From assembly GCA_016937175.1 (NCBI GenBank), contig JAFGWL010000056.1, positions 25,685-89,684 on the forward strand: a stretch of DNA of 64,000 nt. Direction: 5' to 3'. The notes beneath the pieces were generated by a model. It was not told the origin of the DNA. It was given only the letters and a program-made list of their open reading frames with translations, and did not search any database. The translations under genes and the position numbers were made by a program. This DNA comes from Candidatus Mcinerneyibacteriota bacterium. Lineage in GTDB: Bacteria; Macinerneyibacteriota; Macinerneyibacteria; Macinerneyibacteriales; DSCS01. Positions 36,585-46,951 of this stretch are shown in pieces. The number at the start of each line of letters is the position of its first letter. The first letter of the stretch is position 1.

Positions 36585-37934
36585 TTATTTTCCCTTGGGG
36601 ACGACATATCCCACAGTTCTTTTTTGAGGCACGAGATATTTTCGGGCCGCTTCTCTGATATCCTCTCCGGTCAGGGCTTCAAGCTGCTGATACGACCTTT
36701 TATATAGGTCAGGATCATTGAAACGCAAGGTGTTGATAGCCAGCTGAGAAGCAAAGCCTCCTTTGTTCTTCAGGCTGAAGACCTTGGATTTGAGCGCGGC
36801 TTTTTTCACCGCTGCCAGCTCCTCTTCAGTAATACCTTCATCAATGAGCCTCTGTATCTCTGCGTCAAATGCCTCTTTGACATTATCCATGCTTTTGACC
36901 GACATAGGGATAAGATAGACAAAGAGATAGGAGGGGTCTCTCAGTTCAAAACTGAAGCTTCCCGCTTGCATGATCAGATGCTTCTCGTTTTTCAAGACAC
37001 TGTTGACCCGTGATGTGGCATTATTGACAAGGATGGCATTGAGGGCATTGAGGGCCACTATATCGGGGTGATTGCCCGCAGGGATCTTGTACATCATGCC
37101 GATGAGAGGGACCTGAGTCACTTTTTCAATCTTGATAAAGCGTTCCTCGGTCTGCTCGGGTTCAGTGATTCCCAGCCGAGTGACTTTTCGGGATTCATAG
37201 TCTCCGAAATATTTTTCAGCTAGTTTGAATACCTCCTGAGGATCCACATCGCCCGAAACGGCCATCACGGCATTGTTCGGGGCATAATACTGGGTGTAGT
37301 AGTCTCTCATATCTTCGACAGTATAAGCTAAGATAGAGTCCATCCAGCCGATGATGGTATGATGAAGGGGGTGCTTGATGAAGGCTTTGGACTGGATCTC
37401 TTCCATGGAGGACATGAAGAAGTTGTTTTCTGTCCTCTGGCGCCTTTCCTGAGCGACCACCTGCTGTTCACGGGCAAACTCCTCCGGATCGATCTTAAGG
37501 TTTCTCATCCGGTCGGCTTCGATAGCCATGGCCAGCTCCAGCTTGGCTGAAGGCAGCTCTTCTTCATACATGGTAAAATCATAATATGTGCCGGCGTTGG
37601 CCCATCCGCCGACCTGCTTAGTCAGGTGATGGACTTTATCCTTCCCCAGGCTTTCCGTTCCCAGAAACATCGTATGCTCCAGCATATGGGATATCCCGGA
37701 GATGCGTTCTGTCTCATCGATGGCTCCCACATTGTACCAGATCTCGAATTTTACCAGGGGGACGGCGTGGTCTTCCACCACATAGATCTTCAGCCCGTTA
37801 TCCAGCTGCATGGTCTCATAGCGGATCTCGGGGATTTCAGTTGCTGCGGAAGTGTCTTTGGTCTGGGCCATGGAACATCCGACGGCCAACACAAGGACTC
37901 CCAGGGCAAACAGGGTCATTATGCTTCTTTTCAT
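36585..37934 (-). CDS. M16-family zinc peptidase, catalytic (HMLEH), lipoprotein-like signal
   Basis: GISHMLEHTMFLGT inverted zinc-binding motif. Signal peptide ending VGCS. AAGGAGG SD. Confidence 0.85.
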   Translation of the reverse strand: MKRSIMTLFALGVLVLAVGCSMAQTKDTSAATEIPEIRYETMQLDNGLKIYVVEDHAVPLVKFEIWYNVGAIDETERISGISHMLEHTMFLGTESLGKDKVHHLTKQVGGWANAGTYYDFTMYEEELPSAKLELAMAIEADRMRNLKIDPEEFAREQQVVAQERRQRTENNFFMSSMEEIQSKAFIKHPLHHTIIGWMDSILAYTVEDMRDYYTQYYAPNNAVMAVSGDVDPQEVFKLAEKYFGDYESRKVTRLGITEPEQTEERFIKIEKVTQVPLIGMMYKIPAGNHPDIVALNALNAILVNNATSRVNSVLKNEKHLIMQAGSFSFELRDPSYLFVYLIPMSVKSMDNVKEAFDAEIQRLIDEGITEEELAAVKKAALKSKVFSLKNKGGFASQLAINTLRFNDPDLYKRSYQQLEALTGEDIREAARKYLVPQKRTVGYVVPKGK

Positions 37935-38005
37935 AGAGCCTCCTTAAATTGGTTCTACTTCTTTATACGGATTCAGCTCTTTTTGTTGCACAGAATCCTT
38001 ACCAA

Positions 38006-39241
38006 TTATGAACACTTCTCCTTTTTATATTGTTCCAGGATGCTGAGGACAGCTTCGATATCAGCTTCCGTATGATCTCCGTTCACCTGAAAACGGATCT
38101 CTTCATCTCCTTTGGGAACCACAGGGTAGTTCAACCCTGTGGCCAGGACACCGTTCCGGGTAAGATACTCCACCAGGTCTGCTGTCTTCTTCGTATCCCT
38201 GACCAGGAGGGGGACGACGGGATGCTCCCCGGGAAGTGTCTCATACCCCAGGGATATAAGCCCTTCTTTGAATTTCGAAGTCATGGCACGTAAATGCTCC
38301 AGCCTTTTCTTCCCTTCGTCGCTTTCGAGGATATCCAGGACTTTCAGGGCAGCAGCTGCTTCCGAACAGGTTATGGGATTAGAGTAGATATACATGGGGG
38401 TCGTCTCCCGGAAATAGTCGATGACAGCCTGGTCCGACACCACATACCCGCCGTTGACGCCGAAAGCTTTCCCCAGGGTCCCGATGAGAATATCGACTTT
38501 GGCTCCTGTGTACTCTTCTGTCCCTCGTCCGGTCTTACCGAACCCGCCTACTCCGTGGGAATCATCGGCGATGGAGATAACCCCTTCTTCGAACCGGCTG
38601 TCATAGGCACGGCAGAGGGCCGTAAGCTCGTCGAAAGGGCTGTGGTCTCCGCGCATGCTGAAGATGCCGTCGGTAATGACCAGGACTCTCTTCCCCTTCC
38701 CCACAGCCTCTTTGAGTTTGTCTTCCAGATCCTTCATATCATTATGCCTGAAGATAAATTTTTGCGCCGGCCGGGAAAGGCGGAGGGCGTTGATTATACA
38801 ATTGTGGTTGAGTTCGTCGCTGATGACCACGGTCTCCGAAGTCGTCAGGGGAACGATGACCCCCATGCTGGTCACATAGGCCGAGCTCAGGATCATACAG
38901 GCTTCCCGCCCGTGGAAAGAGGCCAGCCTCTTTTCCAGTTCCACATGGGGTTTATGTGTCCCGCTGATAAACCGGACTGCACCCGGGCCCACTCCATATT
39001 CCAGTGCGGCCTTCTCTTCTGCTTTGATGACTTCAGGATGCATAGAGAGGCCGAGATAAGAATTGGCATTCATCTTGATATACTCTTTGTCGCCGCTTCC
39101 TTCCAGAAGATACCGGGGGCCCTTATCCTGGCGGGGAGGAATGATCTTGACAATGATCTTTTCCTTCCCTTTTGACGTCCCCTTTTCCATGAGTTCCAGG
39201 ACTTCCTTCTTCAACAGGTCATTCAATTTATTCAAAGCCAT
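38006..39241 (-). CDS. kbl: 2-amino-3-ketobutyrate CoA ligase (glycine C-acetyltransferase), PLP-dependent
   Basis: GTLGKAFG PLP-lysine motif; YPVVPKGDEEIRFQ; SDELNHNCII. These blocks match KBL/AONS family conservation. Confidence 0.8.
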   Translation of the reverse strand: MALNKLNDLLKKEVLELMEKGTSKGKEKIIVKIIPPRQDKGPRYLLEGSGDKEYIKMNANSYLGLSMHPEVIKAEEKAALEYGVGPGAVRFISGTHKPHVELEKRLASFHGREACMILSSAYVTSMGVIVPLTTSETVVISDELNHNCIINALRLSRPAQKFIFRHNDMKDLEDKLKEAVGKGKRVLVITDGIFSMRGDHSPFDELTALCRAYDSRFEEGVISIADDSHGVGGFGKTGRGTEEYTGAKVDILIGTLGKAFGVNGGYVVSDQAVIDYFRETTPMYIYSNPITCSEAAAALKVLDILESDEGKKRLEHLRAMTSKFKEGLISLGYETLPGEHPVVPLLVRDTKKTADLVEYLTRNGVLATGLNYPVVPKGDEEIRFQVNGDHTEADIEAVLSILEQYKKEKCS

Positions 39242-39255
39242 CTTTGCCTCCTCTT

Positions 39256-40140
39256 TTAGAGTAATCCCATGACAATCGAGTTCAGCTTCGTGGCCGCATC
39301 ATCGGCCCTGCTCAGCATGATGATAGGGGCTTTCCCCCCTACGACAAGCCCTCCGAAGGCACAATCAGCTGTATACATCATAGCTTTGGCCATGAGGTTG
39401 CCGGAAAGGACATCCGGCACCAGGATAATATCGGCATTTCCCGCAACCGGGGAAGAGATCCCTTTGACAGCAGCAGCCTCTTCGGACAAGGCATTATCCA
39501 ACCCGAAGGGCCCGTCGATTATACACCCTTTGATCTGCCCCCGCCGGCTCATCCCTGCCAGAAGAGCAGCATCCAGGGTCGCCTGTGATTTAGGGTTCAC
39601 TGTCTCCACATGAGCCACAGCAGCGATTTTAGGATTATTCCATCCCAGCCTTGACGCATATTCCACGGCATTACCGATGATCATGACCTTATCCTGGAGA
39701 GTGGGTGACAAGACCATTCCACTGTCTGTTATCATAATCAGGCGTCCGATCTTTGCTGCGTCCATGAGGACGATATGGCTTAAGAGAGAGCCTGTCCGCA
39801 GGCCCTTCTCTTCGTCCAGGGCCGCTTTCAAAAAGAGAGCGGTGGGGAGCTTTCCCTTCATCAACGCGTCAGCTTCGCCAGAAGCTACCAGGGAAGCACT
39901 TTTAAGAGCCCCTTCCCACTCCCCGGGAGCATGGATGATCTCATAATCATCCTGTGAGATCTCTGCCTCTTCAAAGGAAGCGTCTATCTTTTCCCTGTCC
40001 CCTACGAGAAGAGAACGGGCGATGCCCTCTCTCCGGGCTTCTTCAAGAGCACGGATCACTTCCCCTCCGTAGGGATGGGCGACGGCTAGCCGCCGGTTCC
40101 TGCCTTTTACTCCGTCAAACAGGTCAGAAAATCTTTTCAC
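39256..40140 (-). CDS. Phosphate acetyl/butyryl-transferase family protein (short Ptb-type)
   Basis: 294 aa, Pta/Ptb fold features. Lies 14 nt upstream of kbl. Confidence 0.7.
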   Translation of the reverse strand: MKRFSDLFDGVKGRNRRLAVAHPYGGEVIRALEEARREGIARSLLVGDREKIDASFEEAEISQDDYEIIHAPGEWEGALKSASLVASGEADALMKGKLPTALFLKAALDEEKGLRTGSLLSHIVLMDAAKIGRLIMITDSGMVLSPTLQDKVMIIGNAVEYASRLGWNNPKIAAVAHVETVNPKSQATLDAALLAGMSRRGQIKGCIIDGPFGLDNALSEEAAAVKGISSPVAGNADIILVPDVLSGNLMAKAMMYTADCAFGGLVVGGKAPIIMLSRADDAATKLNSIVMGLL

Positions 40141-40154
40141 AAGAATCCCTCTTT

Positions 40155-41567
40155 TCAGTTCATCTTCTCAAAAAAGGTTTTATAGGCTTCATAACAGGTA
40201 TAAATATCCATGACCGACGCCAGCTCAAAGGGAGAATGCATGGAGAGGAGGGCCGGGCCGGCATCTACGACATTCATGTTGTATTCAGCCAGGAACTTGG
40301 CGACGGTTCCGCCGCCCCCTTCGTCAACTTTCCCCAGAGTCCCGATCTGCCAATCGACATTATTGTCATCCCATATCCTGCGGACCTTGGCCATAAATTC
40401 GGCATCTGCGTCATTAGAGCCGCCTTTCCCCCCTGAACCGGTATATTTAGTCAGGACGATCCCGTACCCCAGGCGGGGAGCGTTCAAGGGGTCATGGACT
40501 GATTTGAAGTTGGGGTTGATCCCCGCGCCCACATCAGAGGAGAGGACGTTGGATCTCTCCATGGCTTTACGGAGCATAAGGTCGTTGAACCCCTTTTCCT
40601 GATAGTCCATGATCTCAGAGAGGACACGGAGGATAAACCAGGACTGCATCCCCGAACGGCCTTCGCTTCCTATCTCCTCTTTGTCAGCCAAAAAATTCAC
40701 CGCAGTATATTCCGGGTCTTCCACATCAAAGATAGCCATTGAAGAGGTGTAACCGCAGATCCTGTCGTCATGTCCGAAGGCTCCGATGAGTCCTTTATCA
40801 AATCCGACCCACCTGGCAGACCCTGCCGGGACTAGCTGCAGCTCGGCGGAAATAAAATCGGCTTCTGTGATTCCGTATTTCTCGTGAAGGATCTCAAGCA
40901 CATGGATCTTGATCTTGTTTTTGACCTTTTCATCATCTACAGGGATGGACCCGCAGAGCATGTTGAGGTCTTCTCCTGAAAAACCGCTGAGAAGCTTCTT
41001 ATCTCCCTGGATCTTCCTGGAGAGGTGAGGAAGCACATCGGGAAAAGTCAGGACTCCCTCCTCTTCTTTTTCTCCCCAGACGATATTGATCCTTGTCCCG
41101 TCTTTTTTCACGATAATCCCGTGAAGGGCCAGAGGCAGGTTCACCCAGTGATATTTTTTGATCCCTCCGTAATAGTGTGTCTTGACAAGGCAATACTCCT
41201 CGTCTTCATAGAGGGGGTTCATCTTCAGGTCGATATGGGGGACATCCACATGGGAGGCCACAAGATTGACCCCATCTTTTACACTCTTTTCTCCCAGGAC
41301 GATCAGGACAAGGTTCTTTTCCTGATTTACATCATAGAATTTACGATGCCCCTTTTTTCCCAGTTGAGACAGAGGCAAAAACCCTCTCTTTTCGGCCATT
41401 TTGACCACTTCGCGGACATTCTCACGCTCTGTCTTCACCGCCGAGAGAAAATTCCTGTATTCTTCGCTGAACCGGAAGGCTTTCTTTCTCACTTCACCGT
41501 CATGTTTGATCCAGCTGCTTTTTTTCTCATTGAGCAACTCTTTTTCCAGTTTTTCATATTTTGTCAT
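40155..41567 (-). CDS. M18-family aminopeptidase (aspartyl aminopeptidase-like)
   Basis: 470 aa; His/Asp/Glu-rich metal-binding blocks typical of M18/M42. Confidence 0.7.
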   Translation of the reverse strand: MTKYEKLEKELLNEKKSSWIKHDGEVRKKAFRFSEEYRNFLSAVKTERENVREVVKMAEKRGFLPLSQLGKKGHRKFYDVNQEKNLVLIVLGEKSVKDGVNLVASHVDVPHIDLKMNPLYEDEEYCLVKTHYYGGIKKYHWVNLPLALHGIIVKKDGTRINIVWGEKEEEGVLTFPDVLPHLSRKIQGDKKLLSGFSGEDLNMLCGSIPVDDEKVKNKIKIHVLEILHEKYGITEADFISAELQLVPAGSARWVGFDKGLIGAFGHDDRICGYTSSMAIFDVEDPEYTAVNFLADKEEIGSEGRSGMQSWFILRVLSEIMDYQEKGFNDLMLRKAMERSNVLSSDVGAGINPNFKSVHDPLNAPRLGYGIVLTKYTGSGGKGGSNDADAEFMAKVRRIWDDNNVDWQIGTLGKVDEGGGGTVAKFLAEYNMNVVDAGPALLSMHSPFELASVMDIYTCYEAYKTFFEKMN

Positions 41568-41652
41568 TCGTATCCCTCCTTCATTTTTTTCCTGTGCCTA
41601 TTATAGAGGGAAGGGCTTTCCCGTCAAGGCTATTATTTCGTATACAGAAACA

Positions 41653-42828
41653 TCAAAACCATAAAACGATCCCTGTCAGCGCAGCCGCCGCCATAAAAAG
41701 AGGCAGTGATGCAGGAATCAAAAATCTCTTATACAGACTTGTGAGTTTTACATCAAAATAGTCCACCGTAAGCACCAGGCAAAGATGAGTGGGAGAGAGG
41801 ATGATACCCACAAAGACAAAGGTGTAAAGTGCCAGAAGATGGAGCAGTCCGAAATCGGGAAAAAGGGCCATGAAAACGGGAAAAGCGATACTCACCCCGG
41901 CAACCGTCAGCCCCGTGGCAAACCCCACCACCAGAGGCAGCCCCATAAAAAAGAGGATCAGAAGCCAGGAGGGGATAGCCCCTACGCTTCCGAAGATCTC
42001 TCCTTCCTGGACAATAGTCTTAAAAAACATCGCTCCGAAGATCAGAAAAAACATCGAAAGATAACGGATCTTTCCGAAAGCCCTGAAAAAGTCTTTTGCG
42101 GGGATCTTTTCAGCCAGAGTGAAAACCAGAACGGATATAACAAGGCTCAACAGGATATTCAACCTGAAGAGGGCATAAAGAAGGATCAGGAGGATGATGG
42201 GATAGATGATCCGGAGAAGCTCTCTCCAGTTGACAGCCCCGAATTTCAAAGGGCCGTCTACATGCCTGATCATAAAAAATCCCGACAGGACCGCAAGAAG
42301 CATCAACGGGAGCATTCCCAGGAAGACCGATGAGAAGCGAATGGTTACAAATCCGTTCATAAACAGGATGATAGCCGGATATAGAGGCCATCCGAACTCC
42401 CAGACATGCCTGAACCAATAGTTGACAAAGGCTTTCTCCTCCCCTGTCATCCGGAGACTTTCTCCGATCTGCCCCACAAAGGGAGCCGAGACCATGGCTC
42501 CTCCCGGCATGGGTATAAGCCCGATGAGCATGGCCGGAAAAAGCAGAGCGCTTTTACTGACCCCCATATGTCCCGCCAGGGAATCGATCCGTCCCTTTTT
42601 CCCCATGAGGTTAAGAAGGAGATAGATAAGATAGACTGTAAAAAGAAGCTGGATATTACTCCAGTCTGTCACAGTAGCCAGGGCAAACCGGTAGGCTCGG
42701 TAGTTGGGTATATGGAAGGCAAAGAGACTGAGCAGCCCTGAAAAGACAAGGGCCAGGCCGATATTGACCTTCATCTTGATCAACAGGATCAAAAAGACGA
42801 TGATCAGGAGAAATTTGAGAAAAATCAT
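41653..42828 (-). CDS. Polytopic membrane protein of unknown function (about 10-12 TM), possibly DUF401-like
   Basis: Highly hydrophobic, 391 aa. Located immediately downstream of the decarboxylase beta subunit. Confidence 0.55.
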   Translation of the reverse strand: MIFLKFLLIIVFLILLIKMKVNIGLALVFSGLLSLFAFHIPNYRAYRFALATVTDWSNIQLLFTVYLIYLLLNLMGKKGRIDSLAGHMGVSKSALLFPAMLIGLIPMPGGAMVSAPFVGQIGESLRMTGEEKAFVNYWFRHVWEFGWPLYPAIILFMNGFVTIRFSSVFLGMLPLMLLAVLSGFFMIRHVDGPLKFGAVNWRELLRIIYPIILLILLYALFRLNILLSLVISVLVFTLAEKIPAKDFFRAFGKIRYLSMFFLIFGAMFFKTIVQEGEIFGSVGAIPSWLLILFFMGLPLVVGFATGLTVAGVSIAFPVFMALFPDFGLLHLLALYTFVFVGIILSPTHLCLVLTVDYFDVKLTSLYKRFLIPASLPLFMAAAALTGIVLWF

Positions 42829-42886
42829 GTAAGATCATTCCCTTTCTGAAAAAGGAACCCGGAAAACTATTCCGGGTCCCTGTATC

Positions 42887-44095
42887 TTACTTGACAAAAA
42901 TGGCCAGAAAGACCCCTGCAGCAATGGCCGAACCGATGACTCCGGCGACATTGGGTGCCATAGCGTGCATAAGCAGATGGTTGTCTTTATCATACTGCCG
43001 GGCAAAATGCTGGACCACGCGGGCAGAATCGGGAACAGCCGAGACCCCGGCAGCCCCGATCAGGGGATTGATCTTTCTTTTTAAAAAGAGGTTCATGATC
43101 TTGGCGAAAAGAAGCCCTGAAGCTGTAGCCACAGCAAAAGAGAGAGCCCCCAGGCCGAAGATCTTCAAAGATTCCCATTTGATAAAATAACTGGCCTGTG
43201 TACTGGCGCCCACGGAAAATCCCAGAAGGATCGTCGCGATATCAAGGATAGCATTGGCTGCAGTCTTGGCCAGGCGTTCAGTTACTCCGCTCTCTTTAAG
43301 AATATTCCCGAACATGAGCATTCCTACCAGGGGAATGGCTCCGGGGGCTATAAGAGCTGATCCGATGAAAGCGATGACCGGAAAAGCGATGCGTTCCACT
43401 TTGGTCACTCTCCGGGGCGGCTGCATCCTGATAAGACGTTCTTTTTTTGTGGTCATCAGTTTCATGATAGGCGGTTGGATCACCGGCACAAGGGCCATAT
43501 AGGAATAGGCTGCGATGGCAATGGGGCCCAAAAGCGGCGGGGCAAGCTGAGAGGCTATAAAGATGGATGTAGGGCCGTCGGCTCCGCCGATGATCCCTAT
43601 AGAAGCCGCCTCCATGGGAGTGAAACCCAGATAGAGGGCTCCCAGGAAAGTGGCATAGATCCCCACCTGGGCCGCTCCGCCCAGAAGAACGGATTTTGGG
43701 CTTGATATCAGTGTAGAGAAATCGGTCAGAGCTCCGATGCCCAGGAAGATCAGCGGGGGAAAGATACCGGCCCGCACCCCCCAGTAGATATAACTGAAGA
43801 CACTGTCCATACTGAACCCGTTGGCCACCGTATCATAGACCCCGATAGGGATGTTGGGAGCACTGGCGATATTCCCAATGATGATTCCGAACCCGATGGG
43901 CAGGAGAAGAAGAGGCTCATATTTTTTGGCAATAGCCAGGTATATGGCCACGATTCCCACAACCAGCATGATGATATTCCCCCACTGCATATGGGCAAAC
44001 CCTGTATTCCCCAGGATGTCTTTGAAGAGGTCGATCAGATGTTCCAATGAAGCCGGAATCGCCATCTGGCTGCTTAAGGCAGAAATCACGTGCAT
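42887..44095 (-). CDS. mmdB: Na+-translocating decarboxylase beta subunit (OadB/MmdB/GcdB family)
   Basis: 402 aa integral membrane protein with characteristic beta-subunit sequence. Confidence 0.85.
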   Translation of the reverse strand: MHVISALSSQMAIPASLEHLIDLFKDILGNTGFAHMQWGNIIMLVVGIVAIYLAIAKKYEPLLLLPIGFGIIIGNIASAPNIPIGVYDTVANGFSMDSVFSYIYWGVRAGIFPPLIFLGIGALTDFSTLISSPKSVLLGGAAQVGIYATFLGALYLGFTPMEAASIGIIGGADGPTSIFIASQLAPPLLGPIAIAAYSYMALVPVIQPPIMKLMTTKKERLIRMQPPRRVTKVERIAFPVIAFIGSALIAPGAIPLVGMLMFGNILKESGVTERLAKTAANAILDIATILLGFSVGASTQASYFIKWESLKIFGLGALSFAVATASGLLFAKIMNLFLKRKINPLIGAAGVSAVPDSARVVQHFARQYDKDNHLLMHAMAPNVAGVIGSAIAAGVFLAIFVK

Positions 44096-44107
44096 GCTTT
44101 CTCTCCT

Positions 44108-44554
44108 TTATTCCAGGACGATGAGGATGTCTCCTTCATAGACAGAATCCCCGCGTCTGACCTTTATCTCTTTAACTGTCCCCTCCTGGGGCGACTGGAC
44201 TTCATTCTCCATCTTCATGGCTTCCATGATCAGGACATCCTGTCCGGCTTTCACCATGTCTCCCTCTTTGACAAGAATCTCCAGGATGAGTCCCGGAAGC
44301 GGCGCTGTCACATGGCCGGACCCTACGACCTCCCTGGGTTTCCTGAGAGTTTCTCCCTCTTTGGCAGCCGGAGCTGGCTGCCTTTTGAGAGGCGGAGCTG
44401 CAGGTCTGATATCCAGAGCCTTGGGCTCTCCCAGGTCTTTCAGCCCGACGGTATACTCGGTTCCGTTGACAGAAAGTTTCGCTTTTTCGGCGCCGAACTC
44501 CTGCACTTTGACTTTGTACTCTTTTCCGTTTATTTCAAGTGTGATTTCCTTCAT
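44108..44554 (-). CDS. mmdC: Biotin carboxyl carrier subunit of the decarboxylase
   Basis: EAMKMENE biotinyl-lysine motif. Confidence 0.85.
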   Translation of the reverse strand: MKEITLEINGKEYKVKVQEFGAEKAKLSVNGTEYTVGLKDLGEPKALDIRPAAPPLKRQPAPAAKEGETLRKPREVVGSGHVTAPLPGLILEILVKEGDMVKAGQDVLIMEAMKMENEVQSPQEGTVKEIKVRRGDSVYEGDILIVLE

Positions 44555-44562
44555 ACTCCCCC

Positions 44563-44967
44563 CTATACTCTATGGCCGTATTTCATGCCGGATTTCCAGG
44601 CAGTCTGTTCGCGGCCTTGCCGAAATGTTATTTTACTTTGCAGTTCATCCATATGGAGCCTTTTATAGAGCTCCACGGTGGCCCCGATGGCCGCCAGGAT
44701 GTCACTGTCCAGCTCATCCTGGACAATGATCCCCTTTTCCGCGGCTGCAGACGGTACAGTAACGGATTCTCCGGGGATATCGGTTTTGATCTTTTTAGCC
44801 GGGGAATGGGTAAAGACGATATTAAACAGGGCAATAAGCAGAGCGATGAGGATGAGCCCTGTGAAAACAGTCATAATACCGCTTAACGCCACATTTCCTC
44901 CATGGAACTTCTCCTGGATGGCCTGTTGCACCACGGGATCCTGGGTCATCTGTAAGAGCAGATACAC
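44563..44967 (-). CDS. Small membrane-anchored subunit (OadG/MmdD-like)
   Basis: N-terminal TM helix; size and position between the alpha and biotin-carrier subunits. Confidence 0.55.
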   Translation of the reverse strand: MYLLLQMTQDPVVQQAIQEKFHGGNVALSGIMTVFTGLILIALLIALFNIVFTHSPAKKIKTDIPGESVTVPSAAAEKGIIVQDELDSDILAAIGATVELYKRLHMDELQSKITFRQGREQTAWKSGMKYGHRV

Positions 44968-44982
44968 GATACTCCCCTCCCC

Positions 44983-46533
44983 TTACAACGGGATGTTCCC
45001 GTGTTTTTTCGGCGGGTTCTGATCCCTTTTATTCTGAAGCATCTCAAGCGCCTTGATCAGTTTATAACGTGTCAGCTTGGGTTCGATGACATCGTCCACA
45101 TCTCCCCGTGACGCTGCCACATAGGGGTTGGCGAACTTTTCCCGGTACTCCTCTTCTTTTTCCTGCAGCTTGGCTTCAGGATTCTCAGATGCAGCGATCT
45201 CTTTGGCAAAGACGATCTCGCTGGCTCCTTTGGGACCCATGACGGCGATCTCTGCAGAGGGCCAGGCAAATATCATGTCGCCGTTGAGCTGTTTGGAGTT
45301 CATGACGCAATAGGCTCCTCCGTAAGCTTTTCTTGTAATGACCGTGATCCGCGGGACAGTGGCCTCGGCATAAGCATAGAGCAGTTTTGCCCCGTGGCGG
45401 ATGATCCCGCCGTATTCCTGGACAGTTCCCGGCATGAAGCCCGGGACATCTTCAAATGTGACGATAGGAACATTGAACGCGTCACAGACCCGGACAAAAC
45501 GGGCTGCTTTAACAGAAGCATTGATATCAAGGACCCCGGCCAGATGTTTGGGCTGGTTGGCGACGATCCCGATGCTCTTTCCGTTAAGGCGGGCATATCC
45601 GATGACGATATTGGGTGCGAAATATTCCTGGACTTCTAAGAACTTCCCGTCATCCACGATACGGGTGATGATATCCTTGACATCGTAAGGTTTATTGGGG
45701 TTGTCAGGGATGATATAGTTGAGTTCTTCATCGACGCGGTCCACGGGATCCTCAGTCTTGACGACGGGAGGCTCCTCCATATTATTCTGGGGCAGATAAG
45801 AGAGCAGGACCCTGATTCCCTCAAAGAGGTCTTTTTCATTGTCATAGGTCATGTGAGTCACACCGCTTTTTGTCGCGTGGACCATGGCTCCGCCCAACTC
45901 TTCTTTGGTCACATCCTCGTGGGTGACGGCTTTGACCACTTTAGGGCCCGTGACAAACATCTGAGATGTATTCTGGGCCATAAAAATAAAATCTGTGACG
46001 GCGGGAGAATAGACCGCCCCCCCGGCTGCAGGCCCCACGATAGCCGTGATCTGGGGAACGACCCCCGAATACATGACATTGCGGTAGAAGATAGAGGCAT
46101 ATCCTGCCAACGCTCCGACTCCTTCCTGAATACGGGCTCCGCCGGAATCGTTGATCCCCACTACGGGAGCTCCCGTCTTGGCTGCCATTTCCATGATCTT
46201 AACGATCTTGGCCGCCACTGTCTCGGAAAGAGAACCGCCGATCACAGTAAAATCAAAAGAATAGACAAAGACCAGACGGCCTTCCACTGTCCCATATCCG
46301 GTGACCATGCCGTCACCATAGTATTTTTTCTTTTCCATGCCGAACTCGGTGCAGGTATGGGTTCGAAGGGCGTCGATCTCTTCAAAGCTCCCCTGATCCA
46401 GGAGCAGTTCAATGCGCTCCCGGGCGGTGAGTTTTCCTCTGGCATGCTGCTTAGCGATAGCCTCTGTCCCGCCGCCGGATCGGGATTTTTCCATTTTCTC
46501 TTTCAGTTCAAGGATTTTACGGTCCATGGACAT
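44983..46533 (-). CDS. mmdA: Methylmalonyl-CoA decarboxylase alpha subunit (carboxyltransferase)
   Basis: 516 aa acyl-CoA carboxyltransferase fold. Confidence 0.85.
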   Translation of the reverse strand: MSMDRKILELKEKMEKSRSGGGTEAIAKQHARGKLTARERIELLLDQGSFEEIDALRTHTCTEFGMEKKKYYGDGMVTGYGTVEGRLVFVYSFDFTVIGGSLSETVAAKIVKIMEMAAKTGAPVVGINDSGGARIQEGVGALAGYASIFYRNVMYSGVVPQITAIVGPAAGGAVYSPAVTDFIFMAQNTSQMFVTGPKVVKAVTHEDVTKEELGGAMVHATKSGVTHMTYDNEKDLFEGIRVLLSYLPQNNMEEPPVVKTEDPVDRVDEELNYIIPDNPNKPYDVKDIITRIVDDGKFLEVQEYFAPNIVIGYARLNGKSIGIVANQPKHLAGVLDINASVKAARFVRVCDAFNVPIVTFEDVPGFMPGTVQEYGGIIRHGAKLLYAYAEATVPRITVITRKAYGGAYCVMNSKQLNGDMIFAWPSAEIAVMGPKGASEIVFAKEIAASENPEAKLQEKEEEYREKFANPYVAASRGDVDDVIEPKLTRYKLIKALEMLQNKRDQNPPKKHGNIPL

Positions 46534-46537
46534 AATC

Positions 46538-46951
46538 TTACTCCTCTCCGGCCTGGCACAGTTCAGTCAGTACTTTGGCCGATGATTTTGGATGTAAAAA
46601 AGCTATACGGCTGCCGTGGGCGCCGCTTCGGGGTTCTTCATCGATGAGACGGACCCCTTTTCCCTTCATAATGCTTAACTCGTCTTCAATGTCGTCTGTG
46701 TTGTAAGCCAGGTGATGGATCCCTTCGCCCTTCTTTTCAATGAATTTTGCAATAGGGCTCTCTTCTGAAAGAGGTTCCAACAACTCGATCTTCACTTCAC
46801 CCACTTGAAACATAGCCACCCTGACCTTCTGCTCAGGCACTTCTTCCGTCCCTACCAGCTTCAATCCGAGGATATCCCTGTAAAAAGGGATTTGCTCCTC
46901 CAGCGAAGAGACAGCGACTCCTACATGGTCGATCTTCCTGATCATTGTCAT
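46538..46951 (-). CDS. Methylmalonyl-CoA epimerase (VOC/glyoxalase fold)
   Basis: 137 aa; IDHVGVAV...EGIHHLAY. Confidence 0.8.
   Translation of the reverse strand: MTMIRKIDHVGVAVSSLEEQIPFYRDILGLKLVGTEEVPEQKVRVAMFQVGEVKIELLEPLSEESPIAKFIEKKGEGIHHLAYNTDDIEDELSIMKGKGVRLIDEEPRSGAHGSRIAFLHPKSSAKVLTELCQAGEE

Noticed and set aside
38294-39175. 293-aa plus-strand ORF
   Set aside because: Antisense to kbl, which has strong family motifs. It is an artefact of a stop-poor opposite frame
41590-41640. Hairpin gggaa-gggct-ttccc between the M18 aminopeptidase and the membrane protein
   Set aside because: Only a 5-bp stem with no adjacent U-tract on the relevant (minus) strand, so it is not a convincing terminator
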